A stretch of DNA of 64,000 nucleotides from Paraspadella gotoi (taxonomy: Eukaryota > Animalia > Chaetognatha): the NCBI GenBank assembly GCA_051294375.1, contig CM119263.1, positions 7,860,635-7,924,634 on the forward strand. Direction: 5' to 3'. The translations under genes and the position numbers were made by a program. Each line of letters opens with the position of its first letter. Positions within the stretch are counted from its first letter, which is position 1. Shown in pieces: positions 32,653 through 43,200 of this stretch. The notes beneath the pieces are model-generated. The model did not search any database and was not told the DNA's origin. It worked only from the letters and a program-made list of their open reading frames with translations.

Positions 32653-33243
32653 CCATCTTTATTAAATTTTTTTACAGTCAAGAAGTTAAAAAAACCTTCC
32701 GCCCAACATGATCAACGTCGCGATTGCAATGACATTCGTTCGATTTTTGTCATGCACAGCTTTCGCTGAACTAATGAGGAAACCAAAATAGGCCTCTCCT
32801 TCTCCGTTTACTATTACTAGTATTAGAAAAAGTGCAATTTCTTTCAATTTTTTCTAATGTACGTAGCTCTTACCTTCTGTATATTATTTTTCATCTCAAC
32901 AATTTCTTTCTTCATTGTCAGCCCTCTGCTCTAGCACAATTTTTTTATAATTGATTTTCTTTTCACGTTTGAGCTAAATATACTACGGTAAAACCAATAT
33001 AAATATAATCTATTTAAAGTTGTCACTAATTTTATACTTTTCCTCCTTCCTTAATATTCTTTCATATTTTCATGTATATTAATTATAAAGTCATTTTAAT
33101 AAAGATAAGTAAGCCGTCGGCCGCATATGTCGTAGTCTCGTAGATTTAATTGTCGCAGTGTCGCATCAGCTATACAGCAGCGGCAGGATTGCTGCTCCGA
33201 GTTATAAAGAAACGACGTATTCTGCAGCCGCAGCAGGAGCCGC

Positions 33244-33257
33244 ATTCCCTTAGTAAC
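33244..33257. promoter_or_regulatory. RFX X-box-like motif
   Basis: ATTCCCTTAGTAAC, ~300 bp upstream of the IQCD ATG in a GC-rich patch. Confidence 0.5.
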
Positions 33258-33553
33258 GGACGCTTGTGTACAGCAACGACGCTGGAAAAGCTCTCGAATT
33301 AGGCAAAAAACATGCTAAAAATTATTAAAAATTCGTGAAATTCCTCTCCCGTTTTTTCTTTCGTTTTGCAAAAAGACTCTTTAAAAACAACGTCATAAAA
33401 TAAAAATTAAGTGTCACTTTCTACTTGGATCAATACAACCACCGAAATAAATTCCTATTTATCATGTAGAATTTATTTTAGCTTATAATCGTTTTACCTT
33501 TAATCCACAAGAAAAACCGCGCAAATTGCGAGGTTTTACAAAAATCGGGCAAG

Positions 33554-34973
33554 ATGGCGTCAACGGTGGCTCCGCCGATGACGGATTTCGGAAGTCGCGG
33601 TTCCATGCCCCCGACTCCGGCCGACACGCGTCAGGCGAAGAGAGAACGCCGCCGCGCCAAGCAAGAGATGCTGATCAAGACGTTCGCTCCGGCCAGAAAG
33701 AAACTCACCGTCGTAGAGTCGCAGCGCATCGTCAACGCCTTCGACGAGGCATTGCGACGTCTCGATCTCGGGACGTTGATCCACGGCATCGCCGCCGACC
33801 TGACCCGTTTTCAAACGGGTCTCGGCGTCGTCATCGTCGACGGGTTGCGACACCACGATTCGCTTGTCCGTTCATTTTTGGAGAAGCGCGTCACCGTGCA
33901 CGGGATGTATCGACGTCAGGCTGAGCGAACCGAGACACTGTGGGACCTTGACGACGGAGAGTCCTACGCGCGGCTGCAGCTGACCGAGCTACACCGGGTC
34001 GAGGGAAGGCTTCGAGGTGCTACCCGAGAGATCTTGAGAGGTTTTGCCAAGGGCGTTCCCGACCCCAGCGCCCTCGAAATGATCCAGCAAAAGGAAGGGT
34101 CGCGCTCGGCCGCCGCCAGCGAATCCATCGTCGCTTTTAGAAGTCTCCGTGCATTCGTCTTCGAGCGTCTCCTTACCACGCCAATGGAGGAAGAGGAACG
34201 CCATCAGTATCTCCGCGAGATCACAATTCGCGACCGGAAGAATTCTGAAATGATCGAGCGACTGGAGGGGGAGTTAAGGTCGGCACAGGCGGACAAGGAT
34301 CTCGAGATCAAGGAACGCAACGACGTCATCCGCAAATTGCAGATGGACCTGCATGCTTTGGAACGCGGACACGAGGACGCCATCAAGCGGGCGCGCGGAG
34401 AGGCAGAAAAACAGGAGAACGCCGACATAAAAAACTCGGACGGGAAGCGTCAAAAGTTGCTTCATGAAATCGCGCAACTCAAGGTAGTTTGGTATGCGTG
34501 TTTTTCTATGCTTTTTTTTACCATAAAAACTTTTTTATTTTTATTCATTAAAGGCACAACTTGTCACAATCACCGCGGAACACCGTGAAAGCGAGAACGC
34601 CCTCCGCAAGCGAAAGTACAAGATCGAGACCGAGGTGGAAAACTGGATCCAAAAGTTCGACGCCGACATCTCGGAAAAGCAGGAAGAGTACGACGCCATC
34701 GACGACGTCTACTCCGAAGAAAAGCGGCAGCTCAACGAGCTTGAGGAGCGATTCCGCCGTCTGGAGGACGAGTACAACTCCATCATGGAGGAACGCCGGC
34801 TGGAGCAGGAAAAGAAGGAGGCGGCGGAGAGGGAAATGGCCGCCATGATCAGAGCCTCCATCACCATCCAGTCCTTCTGGAGGGCGTTCAAAGCCAGGCG
34901 GGCTTTGAAGGGAAAAAAGAAAAAGGGAGGAAAGGGAAAGAAGAAAAGTGGAAAAAAGAAACAGCGAAGTTGA
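33554..34973 (+). CDS. IQCD: Dynein regulatory complex subunit 10 (IQCD)
   Basis: Exons 33554-34483 and 34554-34973. Motifs KKLTVVESQRI, FERLLTTP.EE and LRKRKYKIETEVENWIQKFDAD, an IQ motif IQSFWRAFKAR, and a Lys/Gly tail. Confidence 0.9.
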
Positions 34974-35257
34974 ATGTCGTTGAAAGCGAAAGTCAGAAGG
35001 AAATAATAAAAAAACAAGCAAAAAAAAAAAAAAAACCAAACTTCGCCAGGCTTCATGTTTTTCATTTTTCTTCTTATCTTCCTCTGCTTGAAATTCTAAT
35101 GGATTCGAAAAAACAAAAAAATTACTATCGAATATGCATTCCACGAAAATTATTCTCCTTGTACAAAACTTTTTCATTATCATTCACTGTTGTGTGTTTT
35201 TGATTTTGTGCTTGCTTCATAAAATTTTTGTTAATCACTGATTGCCAAAGCTTGTCC

Positions 35258-35272
35258 GTTGCTTTAAGAAAC
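35258..35272. promoter_or_regulatory. Weak RFX X-box-like motif
   Basis: GTTGCTTTAAGAAAC, ~90 bp before the AHI1 ATG. Confidence 0.35.
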
Positions 35273-35364
35273 AAAGTTACGAGAATATGCCATTTTCAAT
35301 ATTGTGTACATGCACTATTTTAGCATTATAATCGTGTCATCGTGATTTTCGTTTTAAATTTTAG

Positions 35365-38300
35365 ATGGAATCTGCTAGTGAGAATCGACCTCTGGTGGAC
35401 GAATCTCCCCCGCAGAGCGAATCGTTGCTCGTCGTGAAAAAACAAAAGGAAAAAACCAAAAAAACGACGCGACGGAATCGAAGCAAATCCAAAGACGCAA
35501 ACGACGATGGGGACGACGAAACTCGCAAAATCGTGGAATCTGATAACGAATTTTCGGTGAAAAAGATTAAAAAGAAGCGTAAAAAGGACGCGGTGTCGGA
35601 AGCGGCATTTCCCTCGACCGCGGCACCCAACGTCTCCCATGAAGGGGGCGACGTTAATCGAGCGTTTGTAAACGACGAACCTGAAGAGTCGCTGGCCGCG
35701 ACGTCTGAATCTGCAACGGCGCAACCTATAACCGACGATGTGAACACGGACACGACGGAGCCGAAGAGGCAAAAACGCAAAAAGAAAAAAGCGGCGAAAT
35801 CAAAAGCGGAACCCGAGGAGGATGGGCCCGTCACCTGCGTCACTGTCCATCGTTGCGAGCAGTTGGAAATGGACGTGGAGATCGTCAGCCACCCAGTTGT
35901 CTTGGTCTCTCTCTTGGACGAGTCAACTGGGGAGGCGCTTGTGAAATCTGCTCAAGATCGCCCGGTCTCCTCCTTCTACGAGACCCACAATGAGAACGTT
36001 ACGCGGATCTTGCCGCTGATGACGGCCCCGTTCGATTTCCGGTTTCACCGAACCATCGTTCCTCGTTGGGAAGAAATGCTTGTCTTCAACGAGCCGCTGC
36101 AGCGCCTACTCGATTTTTCCTGTGAGCAGCGAGTCGTGGTCCTTTTCGAGATACTCGATTTCCGGACTCAAAGTGGAGACGTTACTTTTCAGCGACCGTC
36201 TAAGGATCGATCTCGTTGGAGGTCTCTCGCTTGGGCCTTTCTCAAACTTCTCGGTCCCAATGGCGAACGGAACTCGGAGCGGCGGGTGCGCCTTCAACTT
36301 TGGCGTCCTCCGAAGGGCTACAGACCTCAGCGTGTCGGCGCTGATTCCACCGTCCTGTGGAACGCGTGGAAGCACGGACAGCGTCGGAGGTATCCGTCAA
36401 CCCTGTGGGTGACTGTGAAGGGAGTGGCTATCCCAACGAATCTCGACCCTACTAATCGTTCTAAGATCGCGACTCAAAGGGAAGAGGGTAGATACAACCT
36501 GAAAGACCTTTCATCCAACGCCGACACACTCGACGAAACGCTCGAAGTCAAGTCCTCGCCTCGAGATCCTGTAGCATGGTCTCGTGCCCCAGGACAACCA
36601 TGCCGCATTCCGAACAGAAAGTTAACGACTCTTACATCAGGAACTTTGTGCTTTCGCTTGTGTTTTTCACATTCCGGACGCGACTTGGCAGCTTCTTGCC
36701 GCGAGAAAGATGGAGATTATTTCGTTATCATTTTCGATGTTACAACTTATGAAGCCAAAAACGAGTGTCGTCACCACGCCGCAATCGTTTACGACATTTG
36801 CTGGACAAAAAAGGACAACGCGATCGTCACCGCCAGTGGTGACGGCACGGCGCGTCTCTGGACCCTCAGAGACCTCCAAAGAGCGACGCCAGAAATTGAT
36901 TGCATCAAGACATTTCCGCATCCATCCTTCGTTTACGCGTCTCAGCTGCATCCCCTCTCCGATACGATCCTCGTCACTGCCGCCTTTGATGCTGTCGTTC
37001 GTGTTTGGCGCCGTGGTCCCCTTGACGATCCGTTGGGACAGTTGGCCCAAGAGTTGGAGGGCCACCGTCGTCCAATCAACGCCATCTGCTTCGATACGGA
37101 CGGAACTAAACTCTTCAGCGGAGACGCCGAGGGCGTAGTTATCGTCTGGAACGTATACGTTGGCAAAGGCAAAGACAAGAATATCTTTAATGCTTGGACA
37201 ATAAACACTCGACTGCAGCCTATCGAAGCCGGGATCACGTCCCTTAAGACGCATCCCAAAGGGGAAAAGCTTTTTGTAAGATGCAAAGACTCTAAAGTTC
37301 TCTTCCTCGACCTTAGAACCGGCGACGTTTTCAAAACACTGAATCAGTCAAAGAACGTCAGATCTCAATTACGTCTAAGCGTTTCACCCTGTGGTCGCAC
37401 GGTTTGGGCCGGTGGGGAGGACGGCGTCGTCCACGTATGGAACGCGGACACCGGCAATCTGGTGGCGATCTACGAGGAGAATCAGGAAAAGTCGCCGATT
37501 TACGACGTCCAGTATCATCCTCATGATCATCTCGTCGCTTTTTCGGCCGGATCTGATGCTCGTTCGACGATGCTGTTCAAGTTCAACCCATCCAATCCGC
37601 AGCCTGATTGCGCCGTGAGCGTCTTTCCCGAACTCGCTTCCATCGAGTCGTCGCCGCGAACATCGGAAACATCCAAAGCCAAGTTCCTTCAGCCTGGGAT
37701 AACTTCGGCGATGATAAAGGAAAAGCTGGACCGTTTGGCGCCTTTGCCGTCCTCCGGAACTGGAGACAGCGACCCCTTTCTCTCGCCCAAAACAACATCG
37801 TCCGAAAATTCGATGGTCCCTAGGTTCGTGACCTCGACGCCGATTTCTAAACCACATCCTGGTTTCGAGGATCCTGTGGGGGCGTTTCGAAGTCTCGAGC
37901 ATGGTGACGAGAAGATTCTAAACGCGACTGAAAACCACCAGCCGCCGCCGAGGAAAGCTTTTAACAAACGACTCGAGGACGTGAAGAGAAGACTTGACAA
38001 CGGAGGTGGGTCGTCACCGGCATCTTCGACCGTCACTTCACCTCGATCAAAACCACCTTCATCGCCTCGACCGCCGTCGGAAATTTTATCTGACGAAACC
38101 TCACTTGTCCCCAAGAAAAAGAATAAGAAGAAGGCCAATAAAGAAAAAGTACAAGTCCTGGACGACCCGCTCCACGCATCGGCCGACCCTTCGATCGACG
38201 ACTTGATGAAGATGATGGACGATCTTGACGCTGGGGACGAAAACGCCGCTGTCTCCGGCCGACGCACTAAGGCGAAGGTCGTAGACGAGGAGCTGCGGTT

Positions 38301-38412
38301 TTTCACCGAGGACGATTACGATGACGAAGACGACGAAGACAGTCGAGGAAGTCGGACTCCGCTTCAAGGCTCCGACGCAAGGAGGAAGAGGAGGAGGAAA
38401 AAAGACGCTTAA
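35365..38412 (+). CDS. AHI1: Jouberin (AHI1): C2-like domain + WD40, single coding exon, no SH3
   Basis: Motifs VTVHRCEQL, SHPVV, RPVSSFYE, ILPLMTAPFDF, PRWEEML.FNE, AWAFLKLLG.NG, YPSTLWVTVKG and WSRAPGQPCRIPN, then WD40 repeats (HPSFVYA, HPHDHLVAF). Confidence 0.92.
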   Translation: MESASENRPLVDESPPQSESLLVVKKQKEKTKKTTRRNRSKSKDANDDGDDETRKIVESDNEFSVKKIKKKRKKDAVSEAAFPSTAAPNVSHEGGDVNRAFVNDEPEESLAATSESATAQPITDDVNTDTTEPKRQKRKKKKAAKSKAEPEEDGPVTCVTVHRCEQLEMDVEIVSHPVVLVSLLDESTGEALVKSAQDRPVSSFYETHNENVTRILPLMTAPFDFRFHRTIVPRWEEMLVFNEPLQRLLDFSCEQRVVVLFEILDFRTQSGDVTFQRPSKDRSRWRSLAWAFLKLLGPNGERNSERRVRLQLWRPPKGYRPQRVGADSTVLWNAWKHGQRRRYPSTLWVTVKGVAIPTNLDPTNRSKIATQREEGRYNLKDLSSNADTLDETLEVKSSPRDPVAWSRAPGQPCRIPNRKLTTLTSGTLCFRLCFSHSGRDLAASCREKDGDYFVIIFDVTTYEAKNECRHHAAIVYDICWTKKDNAIVTASGDGTARLWTLRDLQRATPEIDCIKTFPHPSFVYASQLHPLSDTILVTAAFDAVVRVWRRGPLDDPLGQLAQELEGHRRPINAICFDTDGTKLFSGDAEGVVIVWNVYVGKGKDKNIFNAWTINTRLQPIEAGITSLKTHPKGEKLFVRCKDSKVLFLDLRTGDVFKTLNQSKNVRSQLRLSVSPCGRTVWAGGEDGVVHVWNADTGNLVAIYEENQEKSPIYDVQYHPHDHLVAFSAGSDARSTMLFKFNPSNPQPDCAVSVFPELASIESSPRTSETSKAKFLQPGITSAMIKEKLDRLAPLPSSGTGDSDPFLSPKTTSSENSMVPRFVTSTPISKPHPGFEDPVGAFRSLEHGDEKILNATENHQPPPRKAFNKRLEDVKRRLDNGGGSSPASSTVTSPRSKPPSSPRPPSEILSDETSLVPKKKNKKKANKEKVQVLDDPLHASADPSIDDLMKMMDDLDAGDENAAVSGRRTKAKVVDEELRFFTEDDYDDEDDEDSRGSRTPLQGSDARRKRRRKKDA

Positions 38413-38621
38413 GCTATGATGACGGATTTCGTTTGACTTTAAACGTATTTAATTTTCACCGTGAATTTGTTTTTGAACCATTTTTAATTTATTGCTGTTA
38501 TATTTCACCATCCTAATCAATAATCATTTATCAATCATACTAAACCCCAAAGATTAATATTTATTAATTTTTTAAAATTTTATGAATTTATTTAAAGACG
38601 TGGTTGAAATGCGGTTTAGAA

Positions 38622-40124
38622 ATGTACCGTAACAAACCGATGAGCGCGACCCCGCAGGCGTTGTCCATAACTTACAGCGCACTGCCAGGTAGAGACAGTC
38701 CGTGATTAATATTTTTTTATTATTTCGGGCTCATCTCTTCACATCTCTACACCATAGGGGCGCCCGAAGAGGATGACTTTCTCACCAACCCGGACAAACT
38801 TCGGGATGCGCTGCCGCAGCCTTTCCGGATGTTGGACCGGGTGTTGGGTGGACTCTTCGATGACGCCTGGGCTGAGATTACGTTGCGTGAGAACCGGAAG
38901 AAGGAGGAGACGGAGCGCGTGCGTCCGCCGCAGTACGAATGCTTGATCAAGCTTCCGGTTTGTCTTATTTTTTTTTAATTATATTTCCCTCTCTGTACTA
39001 TCTCTTCCATTTCATCTTTTTCTATTGGTAATGTTTAACTTCAACAGTCAACTCTTCCTCTTTAGGCTTACGGCGAAGCTTCATGTTTGGCGTCGAGCGA
39101 GGACGGCCGATTCGTCTTCGTGGGGTTTAGGGAGGGAATCGCGGCGCTGGATGCGACGACGGGAGATACGGTCGCCGTCACTGAAGTCAGTTTTAAGTTA
39201 TATTTATTGTTTTTTTTCCTTTCTGTTTCGTTGTGATTTGGTTTAGAACAAAGTTTGAAGAGAGATTTAACAACGATTTTTATTTCATAGTGAAACGGAC
39301 ATGTTTCGACTCACATACGAGTCTTCTTTAGCGCCAATTCAATTTGTGAATTTGAAGAGAATTTTGTGCAAAATTCTCTTCAAAATTCTCTTCAAATTCT
39401 CTTCAAATTCACAAATTGAATTGGCGCTGAAGAAGACTCGTATGTGAGTCGAAACATGTCCGTTTCACTATGAAATAAAAATCGTTGTTAAATCTCTCTT
39501 CAAACTTTGTTCTAAGTTATATTTATAAAATTATCACTAAAAACTAAGCATTAGGTTGATATATCTGTTCTTTTATTTACCTATGATGTCGTTAGTTTTT
39601 TATTCAATATTGAAATACTGATTTATGTTTTTTTTTTTTTCAGCTGAAAGATATATATGATGATGATGAACCAGATGTACAGCCAGAGCCAGAGGCATGT
39701 GGAAGTAGACGTCATAATCGATTGATTTGATGCTTAGGATTTAGTTTTTTTTTTTAGTTTTATGGTCTTTTGTCGCATTCAGATTAAAGATTTGAACGAA
39801 GATGACGCAGAGCCCGAAGGAGAGGCTGAGGCAGAGGCACGTCACTGAAGTAGTCACGAAAATTTATTATTAAATTTAGTTCGTTTTTCCAGACTTAAAA
39901 TTAAAAAAAAAAAGTAGTAACAAAATTTTGCTCCCACCCGACCCGCATTTTTCAGGAAGAAGACGCCTTCAAAGGACGCCTCGAGTCAATCGAAGTAGAG
40001 CGCATCGCCGCAGACTGCTATGTCCTCGCCACTCTCGACGACGCAGCCTGCGCACGCATAATGGCCTTCGCCTACGAGAGGTTCTACCTTTTGAAAAGCC
40101 TCAACGGAGAGGTGAGTCAGTCAG

Positions 40125-40216
<92 letters not shown>

Positions 40217-43200
40217 TCCTTCCTTTCTCTCTGTCTCATGTTGCTTCTCTTTTTTTTATCTTTTTCTCTTTGCAATGATCCTCCGCTCCAGGAAGCGGGC
40301 GTTAATAGAACCATGGCGCTCAAATTGGAATTATCTAAAAATGCCGATTTCGCCGGGATGGTGGTAGAAAGTAAGTTTTTCCGTTTTTAGAATTAGTTTC
40401 GCGTTCGTTTTAGTTTGTCAAAGTGTAATGTTTAAGTTTCTACACTTTTATGTCAGCTTGTTAATCGTAGTATGTAACTTTCATTTTTGGTTTTCATTCA
40501 CTAAAGGCACAGCTACTGCCGCTTCACACACACAAGCCAACGCAGGTTCGTATTCACTTCACTTTGTTGTTTTTCTTTACAGCAAGGCCGGTTACGTTTC
40601 AATATAAGCAAAACAATTGCTAATGTTTGCTTAGTCATGAAATGCTTTTCATAAACAAATAACGAAGACCCTAACTCTTTCGTTAAATATTGTAGCAGAG
40701 ATCTCAGCAGCTGCTATTATTCCAGCCATTTATCTTTGCTTATTTCCTTCTCCCTACCAAAACCCATTTTCTCCATTTTTGGACTTCCTTAACGCCCTTC
40801 AGATGCCCAATCAACTAAGGATCGTGATCGAGATCCCTGGTTGGAGGTCTACCGCCTTCCGCGAGAAATATGGGCGCGAGAATTGGAGGCGGTCCAGGCG
40901 CAAGTGGCCAAAGCGGCTGCAGCGGCTGACAAGGTGGCGGGGGGGCTGGGCTCGGGTTCGCCCACGGGGCCGACGGGGGTGAGTTTGAGAGGATAGGGCG
41001 CGATTCAAGGAACGCGGGATGAAAATCGATGGAAACTGCCAGTGATGTAGCAGTAACGTCGACTTCTGATGCAGGTCTTTCCTTCCAGGCGGAAACAACC
41101 TTCGCCGACGACGCTGTCGACGCCTCGGCCGGTGCCAGAGTCGCTGAAGGGGCCCCTGAACCAGCGCCACAGACGGACGTCACGGCTTCTCGCGACGCCG
41201 GGTCCCCGTCTCGAGCGGCGTCAGGCGGTGCGGGTGCCGCATCTCCAACTGCCGTTTCCGTCAAAGGACCCGGTGGATACAACTTCAACAAACCCGTGTT
41301 GATCTTGAAAATAAAAAAGCCTCTCGCCCCTCAACGTACGATTATTCAGAAATGTTTTTCGAATTGCACTTTTCCTTTTCAAAATCTTATTTTCAAGCTC
41401 TTCCTTTCTAATTGTCACTTTCAAAATTCCTTTTCAACTTTTCCCGCTTTTTAGCGTGCTCCGCGAGCTCCCCCCACGCGGCTCTTAAAAACGTTGACCA
41501 GGGGGAGGCGCTGGGATTCGGCGCCAATAACGTAGTCTTCGCAGCACATCTTGAACAACGGAAGTCCATGTTCCAGTCGCTCCATGGCGATCTCTTGCGT
41601 TATTTGGACAAGGTAATGGTGTGTAGTGACGTATTTAACGAGTTAGTTAAAAGAGATAAAACTTTTTTAAAAATAAAATATTTTGAATATTTTGATATAT
41701 TCGAAAAGTACCGTTAAAGTAAAAAAAATATCTAAATAAAAACCCAACACAGACAGCGCCTACCTCTGGTAGCCCGAGTCGGATAAAGTCCGCGACGGCC
41801 GTAAGCGCCACTCTGGCGGGAGAGGGCGGGTCTCGCGCCCCTGGTGGTGGCACCGCCAATCTCATGATGGCGGCGCAACTGTTAATGGATCGACCAAAAG
41901 CCGGAGGAGTACCTGGAACGTAAGCTAAGCAAGAAAATAAAATTTTAAATGTTATATTACAAATGTTTTAAAATTTGTTTGGTTCGTCTCCAGCCCGCCC
42001 AGATTTCACTTCCTTCTCCCTGGCCTTATGTGTCCCGCGGGGATAGAGCACGTCAGTCAGTTGCGTGAGTATTTCACATATTTCAAAACTTTACATCGAC
42101 TTATCAACTTTTGAAATGTTTTCTCAATTAATTTTCAGAGATTCCCAACGTGGTGTTGGTGTGGTGGCCTGGAATGTCCCACGTTTTTATGTATTCCCTT
42201 TTGAAATCCCAAAAAGGTGAGATGCTATTTTGTTTTATTTTCATGTTTGGTTTGCGCGTTAGAGAAGTTTAGTGGGTTTTAGAGAGCATTGCACAGAAAT
42301 TTCGTAAAAAAGAACAAACAGATTCCGGTGAAAGTTCTTTTAAAAAGTTTTATTAATTAAAGAATGTGCGTGCATACATGAGATTGAGTAATAATTTCAG
42401 AACATATAATTTCATGTAAATTTTTTGCCAGATTTGGTAGACTTCGGTATTATAAAATTGGTACAACCAATATAAAAATTATCTATTCATTTAATAAATA
42501 AGCTATTCTGCCCCTGACTTTGGACAGGCTTTGGTGGTTTATTTTATTAAGAAATTATTTGGATGAGGTTTTATCGAAAGTAATGCTGTTATTGTGCTGT
42601 TGTACGTTTACTGTTTTGTGTGGGTCTTGTAAAGTTTTCTTTTAAAGTTATACTAGAGTTTCACCTTTCCACTGAATCGTCCCACCCTTTAAATTTATAA
42701 TTATGTCGTTCAATAGGTAGTATTTATATTATTAAATTTGTCAACTAGAGAGTAGAAAAATAGCTTGGTACGTTGCACAATTCGCCCTCGTCTATTTACT
42801 TTCTACGGTCACCATCTGATTAACCTCGACCAAGAATAACAATTCCCGCTTGTATTCACAACAAAATCTCCCCCCATCTCCGGAATCTCCGAGGAGTTTT
42901 CAATGTTTTGTTTATGTAACCAGTAAACCCCGTTACATCCTCGAGAGGGTTTTATGGTCAGATGTTCACAGATAACGTTCTCGGTGTTCTCTATGTCGCC
43001 CATCGGCATCTTGTCGAACTGTTGAACCCTGGTTTGCCTTTTCCTCATTAAAATTGACCCTTTTATTTTCAACTTGCGTTCTATCTCCACTTTTTTAGCC
43101 TTGGGTGGCGCGGGCTCTAATTTCTTCTCCACTCTAGCGATTGCAACTCGTGAACTGTGTACGTAGAACAAAATATTTATTCGTCACATCTTTTTTAGTT

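Noticed and set aside
35326-38367. Long antisense and alternate-frame ORFs over AHI1 (likewise over IQCD, JHY and PIP5K1)
   Set aside because: Shadow ORFs of GC-rich coding sequence.
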